From NCBI GenBank assembly GCA_964035545.1, contig OZ037768.1, forward strand, positions 9,208,741-9,272,740: DNA of 64,000 nucleotides, written 5' to 3'. Within the stretch, counting starts at the first letter, position 1. Each line of letters opens with the position of its first letter. Shown piece after piece: positions 23,701 to 34,171 of the stretch. The notes under the pieces were generated by a model. It did not search any database, had not been told where the DNA came from, and was given only the letters and a program-made list of their open reading frames with translations. Source of the stretch: Bugula neritina. Taxonomy: Eukaryota; Animalia; Bryozoa. The position numbers were made by a program, and so were the translations under genes.

Positions 23701-26700
23701 ACATCTTCTATTAACATTCCTTCATAAATAATAATGTAAGAAATAAAAATGTAGCTAAAATTATGTAGATTCTGATCAGTATTTGTAGGCTAAGCTGTAA
23801 GAGGTTATAATTCATCATTAACTAAAGACAACATTATGAAATTCCAGCAACAGTATAGAGTAGACAACAAATGTATAATATATCGGCCTTTACAACAAAA
23901 ATACTAAATTTTCTGCTACTAAATAAAGAAGCTTCCTAATAACTCAAATGAACAATTTTTTATTGGTTAAAGATTGTAGATAACATTTTTGTGGAGCAAA
24001 GCCATTTTTTCTAGAGGCCAAGTGCTCTTCTTGTTCTTCTATGGTAAGCACTAATGAGTACATGTAATCAAATTTAAATAAATATTCTATAGCAACATGC
24101 AGAAAAAAATCTCCATTATAGGTTAAATGAAGACTGGCTTGTAATAATGCAAATATTGCATTGGAAAGCTACTGTTGGGTATTGGATATAAAGCACCGGC
24201 CATCAACTTTTAAATGCTTTAATGCCTTATGAGATGCAACTCAATTATTCATAGAGTTTACCCATAACCAGTTGATTTGTAGGGAATCCGAAAGCACCCT
24301 TAAATTCCGGAGTAAAATTTTATACTGTAATGAATTCTCATCCTCTATTGTCCTGAAATAACAGCGTGCATCAGTATTATAAATACTGTTGCGCATCGTT
24401 TTTAATGCTGTAATTGTGTAGTAGATTTTTGCATGTGCTTGTTTGATTTATGTTCCCCTGTTGTTGCCCGAGATCGGCATTTCGGGCTGCCGAAAGCCCC
24501 GAAATGCCGAAGGTTGGCGTTTCGGAAGTCCGATATCGGCAACAAAGGAAAAACCCTATCTCTTGCTGTATATAAAAGCCAGCGAGTTCCGGTGTAGTTC
24601 AGTCTACTACTGGAGCTCACTGGCAGAGGACCTCAAATATTAGATTATTCTACTCAATAAAGATTGCTTCAACTGTATAACACATCTTGTTCTCTCTAAC
24701 AAAGAGTATGTTCAGGCACTAGTTGCATTCAACTCACAAAAATATCACAATACACATCCATTAAATTCTAAAAACATTCTAATATGTTGAAAAAATAAAA
24801 GAAAAGTGAACATTCACTTACTGGCACAAAAAATTAAGTAAACTATTATGTTTTTCGCAAGGCAGAAACCTCACATTTTTATTGAAAAATCCAATAATTT
24901 GAGTTTTACTGTACAAAGCAGAACATCTAAGTTTGATCAATAATGCAGACTGCACAGATAGCCTTCAACAGCCATCTCATGTTAGTTTAGCCATGTTGTT
25001 AGTTGAGTAATTTGCAAGACAGCTTAAGATACCATAGATTATAAAAAAGTTGTTGGGCTATAGCATGTGTGATTATTGTGAAAAATTTTTATATTATATA
25101 AAGTTCTTTTACTTATAATTCGAAAGTTAGTTCTATTAGGACCATATTTAAATAATAAAAGTGGAAATAAAACTCCGTATTTGGAGCAGTACAGCTTAGC
25201 TAAGCAAAACCTAGAGATGACTTACTGGCAAAAAAGTCAATACCTGGTTTGAAATAAGTTTAATTCCTTAAAATATTATTTCTTTGGCCCGAAGATTTTA
25301 ACAATTCTTTCTATAAAATTTAGAAAAAATTAAAGCGTAAATTATAAAGGTAATCATGTAGCAGCATTATAGTTTAAGTTGACCCAACTGAGACTACAGG
25401 TTCTTTTCGGTACTTCTAGGTCACAGAAACCACCTGATGGTAAAGTGCCTTTGTTGTCTGATTACAAGACATGAGCTTAGTTATACAAAGGGAAAAATGC
25501 CATCTTATACAAATAATAACACAAAAAACCGTTGGTAAATTTAATGAGCTTCACAATTTTGCAAACAAAATTAAGTAAAACATAGGAGCATTGTTTGCAT
25601 TCCCTATGTGTGCAGTGGGTTTTAAAGGCAATAAAATATGATTAATGATTTGCTAATTTGCCTACTCAACAAGTATCGACTAGTGGGGGCAACAGCCTTT
25701 AAAAAATTGTACGGTTAATTTTTCGGCAATAAAAAAGCAAAATAAGATTTGCTTATTATTTTTATTATGCAATAATTATATAGCCAATAAGCTTTGTAAA
25801 CTCAGGCTGAATATAATTTTGTAGACCACGAAAACTTTCAGAATGAAGTAGAAAAGCAAATTTTCAGCATCTACCAGTAACTAATTGCTAGAAGATTATG
25901 TTTATTTACTCGACGTGGTAAGAAAAAAGATTTGAACATGAAAAAATATAAATTATACAATACAGGAGCCTAAAATTAAAAGTATTTTGAATGTTAAATG
26001 TGTGGTAAAATTGTAGCATGTGTTCTTAATTCTTTTCTGATTTATTTCTTCCTGTTGTTGTCTGAGGTCAGCACTTCGGCTTTCCGGAAATGCCTATAGT
26101 CGGTATTTCGGACTGCCGAAGTGCCGAAGATCGGTGTTTCGGGTCTCCGATCTCGGCAACAAAGGAAATTCCTATATTTTGCTTGTATATAAAAGCCAGC
26201 GAGTTCCAGTGTAGTTCAGTCTACTACTGGAGCTCGCTGGCAGAGGACCTGATTCATACTGAATAAATAAAGATTGCTATCAACTATACACGGCAGCTAC
26301 CCTAGTAATTACTAGTTAGGAAGCATACTGAATACGCAAGCAAAAACCCACGCATAGTAATTGTGCAAATTACAACAATACACTACAAATACAATAATTA
26401 GCCTTAGTGAGTGACCAGCTTGTTAACGAATGTGCAAGAATGAGTGCCAGGCCTTGGATCAACAAAAAAATTAGTATAAATAAATAACAATACCTTTTTG
26501 ACTGATCTCATTATTTCCGTTTTTTCCATCGTCACCAGTTTCAACTTCATTTTGCCTGTCTGCCATACTCTTTTTACCTTTCAAGGATAAGTATGACTTA
26601 GCTTTACTTTTAGTTTCAGTTTTATAAAAATAATATGAAGCAGTAAATATCCCTGCTGCCGTTAAACATAACGCGTAACTGTATCGGGAGTTCATAAAAT

Positions 26701-26782
26701 GGTAATACAGCTGAGTGATGGCGCTAGATAACCCTTTACTTTGATTCTGAATTGCATTGCTGGGAGAATCCGAGTGAGGCAT
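11795..26782 (-). CDS. FAM172A: FAM172A / ARB2A family alpha-beta hydrolase-fold (Arb2) protein
   Basis: Exons ~26782-26494, 23316-23230, 23073-22976, 22771-22697, 22103-21997, 17469-17361, 16884-16657, 16454-16283, then the repeated modules (16113-12194) and a terminal exon 11853-11795 ([19 protein letters not shown]). Hallmark peptides: [78 protein letters not shown]. Confidence 0.92.
12100..16120 (-). repeat. Four ~1.0 kb tandem units, each carrying a two-exon FAM172A coding module
   Basis: Period ~1003-1020 bp. Exon A copies 16113-16057, 15094-15038, 14091-14035, 13072-13016; exon B copies 15350-15237, 14340-14233, 13326-13213, 12307-12194. Confidence 0.93.
17901..21089. mobile_element. 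Non-autonomous DNA element with ~574 bp terminal inverted repeats
   Basis: 17901-18474 (AATAGACCATGTAAAACTCAGCCAATCAGC...GCCATGGGAACT) is the near-exact reverse complement of 20515-21089; no clear TSD and no intact transposase. Confidence 0.88.
18650..19425. mobile_element. CAC-terminal MITE with subterminal AGATCGATCT palindromes and 3-bp TSD ATA
   Basis: Left CACGGGCTTTCCATGTACCGATCTCAGATCGATCTT; right AAGATCGATCTGAGATCGGTACATGGAAAGCCGGTG; ATA at 18647-18649 and 19426-19428. Confidence 0.88.
22481..22566 (+). mobile_element. tRNA-derived SINE remnant
   Basis: A-box-like TGGTCTAGTGG and B-box GGTTCGAACCC, then GGTGATGTTAGGAAGGACATTCAG; related tail at ~30757-30780. Confidence 0.6.
22747..22872 (-). 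repeat. Three 41-42 bp tandem copies of a FAM172A splice acceptor plus exon start
   Basis: Minus-strand CTACAG|TT(A/G)A(T/C)GACT..GTATGAAC repeated; possible exon starts at 22771, 22813 and 22854. Confidence 0.85.
23925..24352 (-). pseudogene. Possible degraded coding exon of unknown origin inside FAM172A intron 1
   Basis: After TTATTTCAG| one frame runs ~140 codons ([41 protein letters not shown]...) with only two internal stops in very AT-rich DNA. Product not recognised. Confidence 0.3.
24387..24749 (+). mobile_element. Solo LTR (TG...CA, 4-bp TSD ATAC; Gypsy-like)
   Basis: Starts TGTTG, ends TATCACA; ATAC at 24383-24386 and 24750-24753; internal TATATAAAA (~24569) and AATAAA (~24656). 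Confidence 0.85.
26001..26291 (+). mobile_element. Truncated solo LTR related to 24387-24749
   Basis: Shares CTGTTGTTG, CGGCAACAAAGGAAA, TATATAAAAGCCAGCGAGTTCC..CTGGAGCTC..GGCAGAGGACCT and AATAAAGATTGCT; 3' terminus missing. Confidence 0.75.
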
Positions 26783-27563
26783 AGTGAAACTGAATGTGGT
26801 AGCTGCGGTTATTCGAGTCCAACACTAGGCCCCGGATTGGCTAATATTTCTTTTAACTTGTTTTCAACGCTAAACTCACTATAGTATAACTATTAGGTAT
26901 TAGTACTAGTAATACTTGTATTTTCACTCGAAAACTTTTAGCGATTTACAAATACTAATAGACAATACTCAATAGTAATACTAATACTAATATTAATAAG
27001 TATAACCATAAGGCAAGCCTAAGGCTTAGGCGTAACGTTAACTAGGTTTACTTTATCTAAGATCTTCATTATAAATGCACGAATCGATATTTTTCACATG
27101 TTAAAAACACAAATTGTTTGAAATTTGTGCATAAGTACGCGTGAGTATTGCGTTTAATGTTAGAATATCAATATTATTGATTTTGGTAGGCTCCCTAAAT
27201 AAAACGAAACTTCTACTAACCTTTAGCTCTAGAACAGCATAAAAGATCCGCAACAGCCGCCATTTTAGGGCCTCATGACTTGAGTATAGTCGCGTATTAA
27301 AATAAGAGTGTTATCTTAAATTTAACTATGCCAAGGTCACTGAACTCGCTGCGCAGAACTTCTTATCCTTATGTATTTTCAGTAGTCGCGACCTCCTGCC
27401 TCATAAACTATATCGAACCCACCCACCGATATTTGACGTTATTCATTCAACTCAGAAATGGTAGATAAATCACGCTGATTTAACTTAACTTAAAGTTACA
27501 GTAGCTATGTAATACTCGTTATTCGTTATACTTATCATATACTCCATTGAGTAAGCTGAAAGA
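26783..27563. promoter_or_regulatory. Putative bidirectional promoter between FAM172A and COMMD3
   Basis: Head-to-head ATGs ~780 bp apart; locally CpG-retaining; YY1-like CCGCCATTTT at 27257-27266. Confidence 0.55.
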
Positions 27564-28426
27564 ATGGACGTTAGTAAAGATGTTTTCTACAGTTTACAAT
27601 TGGCAGGAAAAAATATTGTCATTGAAGACAGTGTTTATATTCAATTACTCCAAAGTGCTAGATGTAGTCTTGAAACAACTACCTCCTTCATCATTGACAA
27701 ACAACTTCAAGGTATTATAATTATTATTTAATTTCAATTTGATATTTCAATTTGGTGAATTTTAGCAGCTCAACTTGAACTTGATTTTAATTTATTTCAA
27801 CCCTGTCACTGGCAGTATCAGTATAACTAATAGTAATAGTTATAGTAATACTATTAGTATTACGGTATTACTATTAGTATTACTATTACTATAATTGTAA
27901 GACTAAGTATTAGTAAAGCTGTAAATTATTATTAAATTTAATACATAATAATATTGTGGTGGCTCGTAGAGCTACCATCGTAATAACGGGAAATGTTAAT
28001 CCCCTTTTTAGTGCAGCACGGGGTCATTGGGATGACCCGGGACATCAGACCACCAATTAGAATGACTGACAGTTTTTAGTAGTTATAGCTTCCCGCGTTG
28101 TAGTTAGTTAGGTTTAGTCTGGTAAACTGTATAGACCGTATCAAGTAGCTGAATGTATTGTGATAACTGTAGTTTTTGTGGATGTATTATTTGTGTAAAA
28201 TATATTATTATTATTAACTCGAATTACACTGGCGAAGTTGATCTCGCATACTAAACAAGTAGTCACTTGAGTGCACACCAACCCACAGTATAAAAATACA
28301 ACAATATATTATTGAATAATATAATATTTTTGTAATGGATAGTGTAAGTGTAGTTGCAGCACAGACTACACTTCGTAGTAGAATCTCAAGGCGTGGCAAA
28401 CTATTGTGTATATCCAATCACGTAAT

Positions 28427-28466
<40 letters not shown>

Positions 28467-31400
28467 CGAAGCAGAGAGCTTCGGGACTTTGAGTTAGAGT
28501 TTAGATGTAAGAAAATCTAGATGTATACAAATGTAATGTGACTTGTGTTATTTTAATTCAGGGCAGCTGAATGCAACCCTTTTTCTTAGTATAATTACTT
28601 AAATATATATACCTATCATCCTTCTGTGAAAACTGGCGTAATTCTTTGTCGCTGCATAAATAATCACTGGAGTAGTAATTGCAAGCACTAGAACCCACCA
28701 TAATACTATCTTGGGAAAGATAACATTATGTATTAAATTTAATAATAATTATTTATTGTAATTTTTACTATAAGTATTTAAAGCTGCAGGCGTAGTGGTA
28801 GTATAAGTATTAGCAGTAGTAGTATTAGTAGTAGTATTAGTAGTAGTAGTATTAGTAGTAGTACTAGCAGTAGCAGCAGTAGTAGTGTAATAGTTTTGTG
28901 GGTTCAGAGCAACTAAGCAGAGAACATAACTCCTTGTCTGCTAGAGATGAGAGCGGTTCTTGAAGTGTATTAGAAATAGCTTTATTCTAGTAATAGTAAG
29001 GTCCTTATTCTGATTCTGATTCTACACTGCGAGCTCGCCTCCTTACATAGTTTGGAAAAAGTTCCTTCTGGAATCTTCCACCGATCTTAGGCCGAAGATC
29101 GGACATTTTCGGAATGTCGGGACCAGTAATCCTCCGAATATAACCGACATTGGAAGACATACTCGGACTTTCGGAATCTTACTGGAGGGCCCGACATTCC
29201 GACATGCCGATTTCGGTCAAAGAGTGGTTTACATAAAAAAGATATTACAGATAAAAATTTGATGATTAATGCGCTGAAATAATACAAAGGGAACACAAAT
29301 CTAAAAACCACCACAGTAGTACTAGTTATAGTTATTTTATAATAACTGTAAGATTAAGACACATTGGGTTTGACATTCACTTTCTCTAGAATTAGTGACT
29401 CGTAGATTTGGCCTATGGCTATGAAAGAGATATCTAATCACCGTAACTTTATGTTATAAGTATAAGTACAGACTCTTTAGTTTAAATTGTGTAGACCAGA
29501 CATAACTGAATTTTATATGATAATGGTGTTTGTCAAAACTGGTTTCATCTTAATATTGAATTTGTTGGTTTGTCAAGTAAAGGAGCTAATCTTCTGATCA
29601 GGTTAAAACATTAATGTGCTAACTAACATACAAACAATTCAGAGATAAGAAAGTTTTTTGTGTCAAAAAGCCCTCAATCACAATAGTAGAAGGATAAAAG
29701 AAGTTAAAATTTTACTCTGACATTTTAATGTTAAGCAATTATTTTAGTTAGACTACTATTATAGTACAAATGGTAAAATAATATTGAATATTTGTATTAG
29801 TATGAAGATAATACTCAACTCAAATTTTAGTTTTTACACTGGGCAGAAACTTTTTAATGTCAGCTACAAAATATATTGATATGTTAATAAATATTAATTT
29901 AAGACCGCAATCTAACCCTGCGAGTTTTAACTTTGTTTTCAATAATTTATTGACATACAAACAAGGTTTTATTAAATTACAAATAATGTTAGTTTGTTGC
30001 AACATTCATTTTTAATTGTCTTCTTAGCAATGCCCATTATTTTGTAGATGATTTAAAACTCTCTGATGTACATGAAAAAAGAGCTCTTTATGGGTTAACT
30101 AGTTTTCTGTTAGAATGTGCCAAACAGAATGTTACTTTGGATGAAATAAGGTTTGTTTTTTAAATAAATTGTATTAGTAATATATAAAAACTGGTATCTT
30201 TTGGCTGCTTATAGAAAGTATTAAAGTGTATTGTTTAGTTTTGTTTGCCAAATCCATTCTCACTGGTAACAATATGTCAACAGAGAATAGCATCCCCAAT
30301 TGTTCTATTTAGTTGAATTTCATGTTTTGCTTGGTTTTCAGTTTTGTATTTTGATATCCATTTCATGGAAAAAGTATTCTCAGTCTTAGTTATATAAAAA
30401 GATTTATTATACTAGTTTATTAAATTTTTAACTTTTTGAACTATGCTCTAGCAAAATAGTATTTATCACTGATTGCAGCCACCTGTAAGATAGAGAGTGC
30501 AACTAAGTCTATGAAAGTATATTCTTTTCCTTCTAAAAGACATAAGAAAACCAGTGGACATGACCTAACAAGTCAACACTTATTATTAGAGTGTGTTTCG
30601 CACATGACTTACAAATAACAAATCAGAAGTCATTGAATAAATAGCGTTTTAGCATAAACAAGTTTTTAGGGATGTGTTTGATCAACAGGCAGGAATAAGC
30701 TTAAAGCTATAAGCAGGGAGGTGTAGTACAGTGGATAGGCTCCCAGCGGGTCATCAGTGATGTTAGAAAGAGCATCTGACCGCTCCTGTGCCACAGTAAA
30801 AGTTCTCAAACCATGTTATCAACCTGGTTTGAGACTATAATTCCCCCCCCCAACAACCTTATGGTTTTCAAAGGGAGGGGGTATTAAGGGCAAAACCTAG
30901 AAACACTGCAATCAGTTTTTTCACAAAAAGTTTAGCATCTGATTATTTTAAACTTTAGTACTAAGTGACGCGCTGTGCGAATGCACAGTATGTGAATTAT
31001 TGTTTTGTGTATTTCTAGTCTCTCAAACACTCCAACTAGTTGCTGTTTTGTGTATTATGGTTTGTTTATTTCTTTTTAATTTCTTTATGCTGAACTAGAA
31101 CCTAGTTGGATTATAGAAATGAATAATGTTATTGCACATATATGAATTTAGAGCTGTCTTAGAAGAAAGTAACTTTAGCCCCAAACGAATACAGCACTTC
31201 CTGGATGTTTACCACCAGCATAGAGATGCTATTCGAAGAAATTTGGCTAGGTCAGTTTGATTTAGAAGATCACCTCAAAGATGTAGTTTATTAAAAAAAT
31301 AATGTCTGTCTTAATTAAAATTAACATTTTGAAACTAAAGTTTTGCTTGAATATATAGTACTGAGCGTTTCCTGAACCTCCCACTTATTTCATTCAAGCT

Positions 31401-32896
31401 TACTAAGCTATTTCTGTTAAATTGGCCAACAAGCAGTTTTGCAAATTATTATTAATAAATTCATGTTAATTGTTCTCTCATTTTCTTCAGCTAGTGTTGA
31501 AAAATTGTTTGGGTAGGAGTCTATATATATTCATTTTTTTATTTCAGAATATCTTCCTTTGAAAAAGCACAAATTGTAGATGTCAATTGGCGACTGGATT
31601 ATAATATAAAGGTTTGTGATTTTTTTGTGTTTATTAACAAACAATTTTACCCTCCCAGGTTTATGTTGTATATTGAAACATCAATCAAATGTGGCAGTTA
31701 ATAGAAAGCAAACTAGAAAATACACATAGCACACATTCTAATTAGTGACTATTACTCAGTTGATTTGATAGTTATTTGAAGGTAGTCGAAATGTGAGTGA
31801 ATGCATTTGAAAAGTGACGGTTCAACAGTTAATATATGCTAAATCGTTACTATATACATGAGACCCAGGGTTTTCTTTTGTACTAATTCTGTTCAGGCAG
31901 CTACCCCTCATCTCACTTTTTCATAGATAACTACATTCTTGTAATATAATTGTAAATTTAAAGTAGCTGTGCTTATGTATGTATGTTTTAGAATAGTCAA
32001 AGTGATAAAGTCAATCAACTGTCCTACTTGGTAGACCTTCACACTGTGGTGAGATTCTTTTTTGTACTATATTCTAACTTCTTTTTAAGTGAATTTCCTA
32101 ACATTTAATTTATTTTTAAATGAAAATCACTAGACAAAAACGTATATCTACATGAGTGTATCCCGAGTTCAAGCTTAATGGAGAACTTTGACAGTATTAA
32201 CAGTATCTTTAACTTTATTTTATACTTTGCGCTTATATCTTTTAGGAAGCAATTTCACTTTAGTTGAGAAAAGTACCAAGTTTAACCCCTTTATAGTGTG
32301 ACGGAAACTCATTGAAATCATATTAATGCTTATGATCACTTTCTAACAGTAAAATATGACTTGCTTAATCAACACTTGATGCCCTTTGTACCCCCAAAGT
32401 CAATTGCACAAAAATAGTAGCTGGTAGGGTAATATTTGGTTACTTCATGTTTACTTGAATCGATAAAGCTTTTTTCAACACCTTTTTACGTAAGCAATTT
32501 AATGAGCCAACTAGTCGTTGAATCTCGATGTCTAAAAAAATTAATCATTCTCTCTGACTGCATTCTGCAATCGTGCTGAGAATTTCATTACAAGGCGATA
32601 ATTTTGAGGAGTTGCTTTTACAATGCAAGACAAATTGAATTTTACTGAAAACAGTGAAGGCATAAACACACCTTATAACAAGTCTGTCTTGAAAATCTTG
32701 AATCAGGGTTTAGTATCATAATAAATTTGTGAAATTAAATAGATTAGCATAGACATTCATATGAAATTTGTTTTAGCATCCTGGTGAAAGCGAGATAAAG
32801 ATAGTGAGCATGGCTTGCTCGTTGGAGCAACTGCAGGATTTAGTCGGTAAACTGAAAGATGCGGTGAGGTGTGTAGAAAAGCAAGTAACTTCATGA
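27564..32896 (+). CDS. COMMD3: COMM domain-containing protein 3
   Basis: Exons ~27564-27711, 30048-30150, 31152-31250, 31548-31611, 31992-32048, 32777-32896 join in phase; COMM-domain peptides IVDVNWRLDYNIKNSQ and ACSLEQLQDLVGKLKDA match COMMD3 as recalled. Confidence 0.88.
27955..28287. mobile_element. Probable solo LTR (TGTGGT...CCCACA)
   Basis: TG..CA termini with short inverted ends; flanks ATAT/GTAT (3 of 4 match); GC-richer than the surrounding intron. Confidence 0.5.
28331..28702. mobile_element. Possible second LTR-like element containing a 37-nt poly-C tract
   Basis: 3' part (ACTGGCG..TCACTGGAGT..AACCCACCATA) resembles the 3' part of 27955-28287; C37 at 28429-28465; no TSD seen. 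Confidence 0.35.
28886..29315 (-). mobile_element. Solo LTR (TG...CA, 4-bp TSD GTAG)
   Basis: GTAG at 28882-28885 and 29316-29319; minus-strand 3' end ACCCACAAAACTATTACA and GGAGTTATGTTC match the 9.7 kb and 24.7 kb copies; inserted in an (AGT)n tract. Confidence 0.85.
30717..30812 (+). mobile_element. Degenerate SINE remnant related to 22481-22566
   Basis: GTGTAGTACAGTGGATAG (A-box-like) and CAGTGATGTTAGAAAGAGCATCTGACC. Confidence 0.4.
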
Positions 32897-34171
32897 ACTG
32901 TTCCTTTGTAGTTCCTGACGATGAAGTTTTATTGCTGAAGTATTTAGATTTCGTGTTATACAATTATTTCCTCGGAATGTTTTATAATTTGACCAGTGAA
33001 AGCTGAAATTTTTTTATTTTTATCTGGTCATAAGTATATATTATACTAACCTAATGAGATACTATTTTGTAAGCTGTTGGTTGTTATAAAAAATAAACTC
33101 TATATCTATCATTGTTACATACCGTATTTCCTCTTATGTGATAATTTGGTTATGATGACTATCAATTATTATACACCGTGACTAACTATGTGGCTACTGT
33201 GCCACCAAACTAATGTCTTCATAATTTACACCACACTTTTATCTCATCTAGATGAGAACTGTAGTACAATGTTATCGATTACTTACATTATTGATAATCT
33301 CTTAGTAACAAAGTAAACTAACACTTTGTCTGTTAAAACTCAAACATATTAGTGCAGTTGAGTCTATTGCTCATTGTACCACACTGCTATTTGAATCAAA
33401 ACTCAAAATGAAGTAATGGTGAGTAACTGGTCATCTGAAAAGATAACTCTTTACTTTGTATTTGGTAAAGTTCTAAAAGCCTGTATATTCTTAATAAGTA
33501 ATTAGAGATTCATATATTACAGAGTTCATAAGTCATTAACTACAGTAAGAACTAATTATTATTTTTGGCTTTAGCAGCACAGTGTTGAAAAGTTGGAGTT
33601 GTCAGCAATTAGGTTATATAGAATTAATTATATTATTGCTGATTATTATAATAATTATATTAGTTAGAGGATGATTGCAACTGCTGCATAAAACTTTTTA
33701 TTTAGCCCACAAGATCAACCTAAGCTACCTCCATCGCCTAAGGATTTTTCTGTTTCACTTTTACATTCAGTTTACATTTTTTGTTTCTGTATATTATGTT
33801 AAATATATTGGCCATTTAATTTATTATGTAGTATTATTTTGAGGTGGAATTCTTAAACTGTCTTGAATGCTATTAATAAAACTATGCTGTAATAATATGT
33901 AGTAAAGCATGAAAATTATTAAAAACCTTGATATCTTATATTTTAGATTTAATAATGCACTGAAATGTTGAATTCACATATACAAAATAATCATACTAAA
34001 ACATAGAGTTGTTTGTGCTAGTCAATCTGTATTAAAAAAAGGTTTGTTCTCATTAACTGTAATGTTAGTGTAGTAGCATAATTATTATAAAATTAAAAAA
34101 GGAAAAAGTATTTTAGTTGAACAATCAAAATATTTTTATATCTTTTAATGCCAGTCATAGAAGAACAAAAA

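Noticed and set aside
28335-28520. Polyproline ORF
   Set aside because: Produced by the C37 homopolymer.
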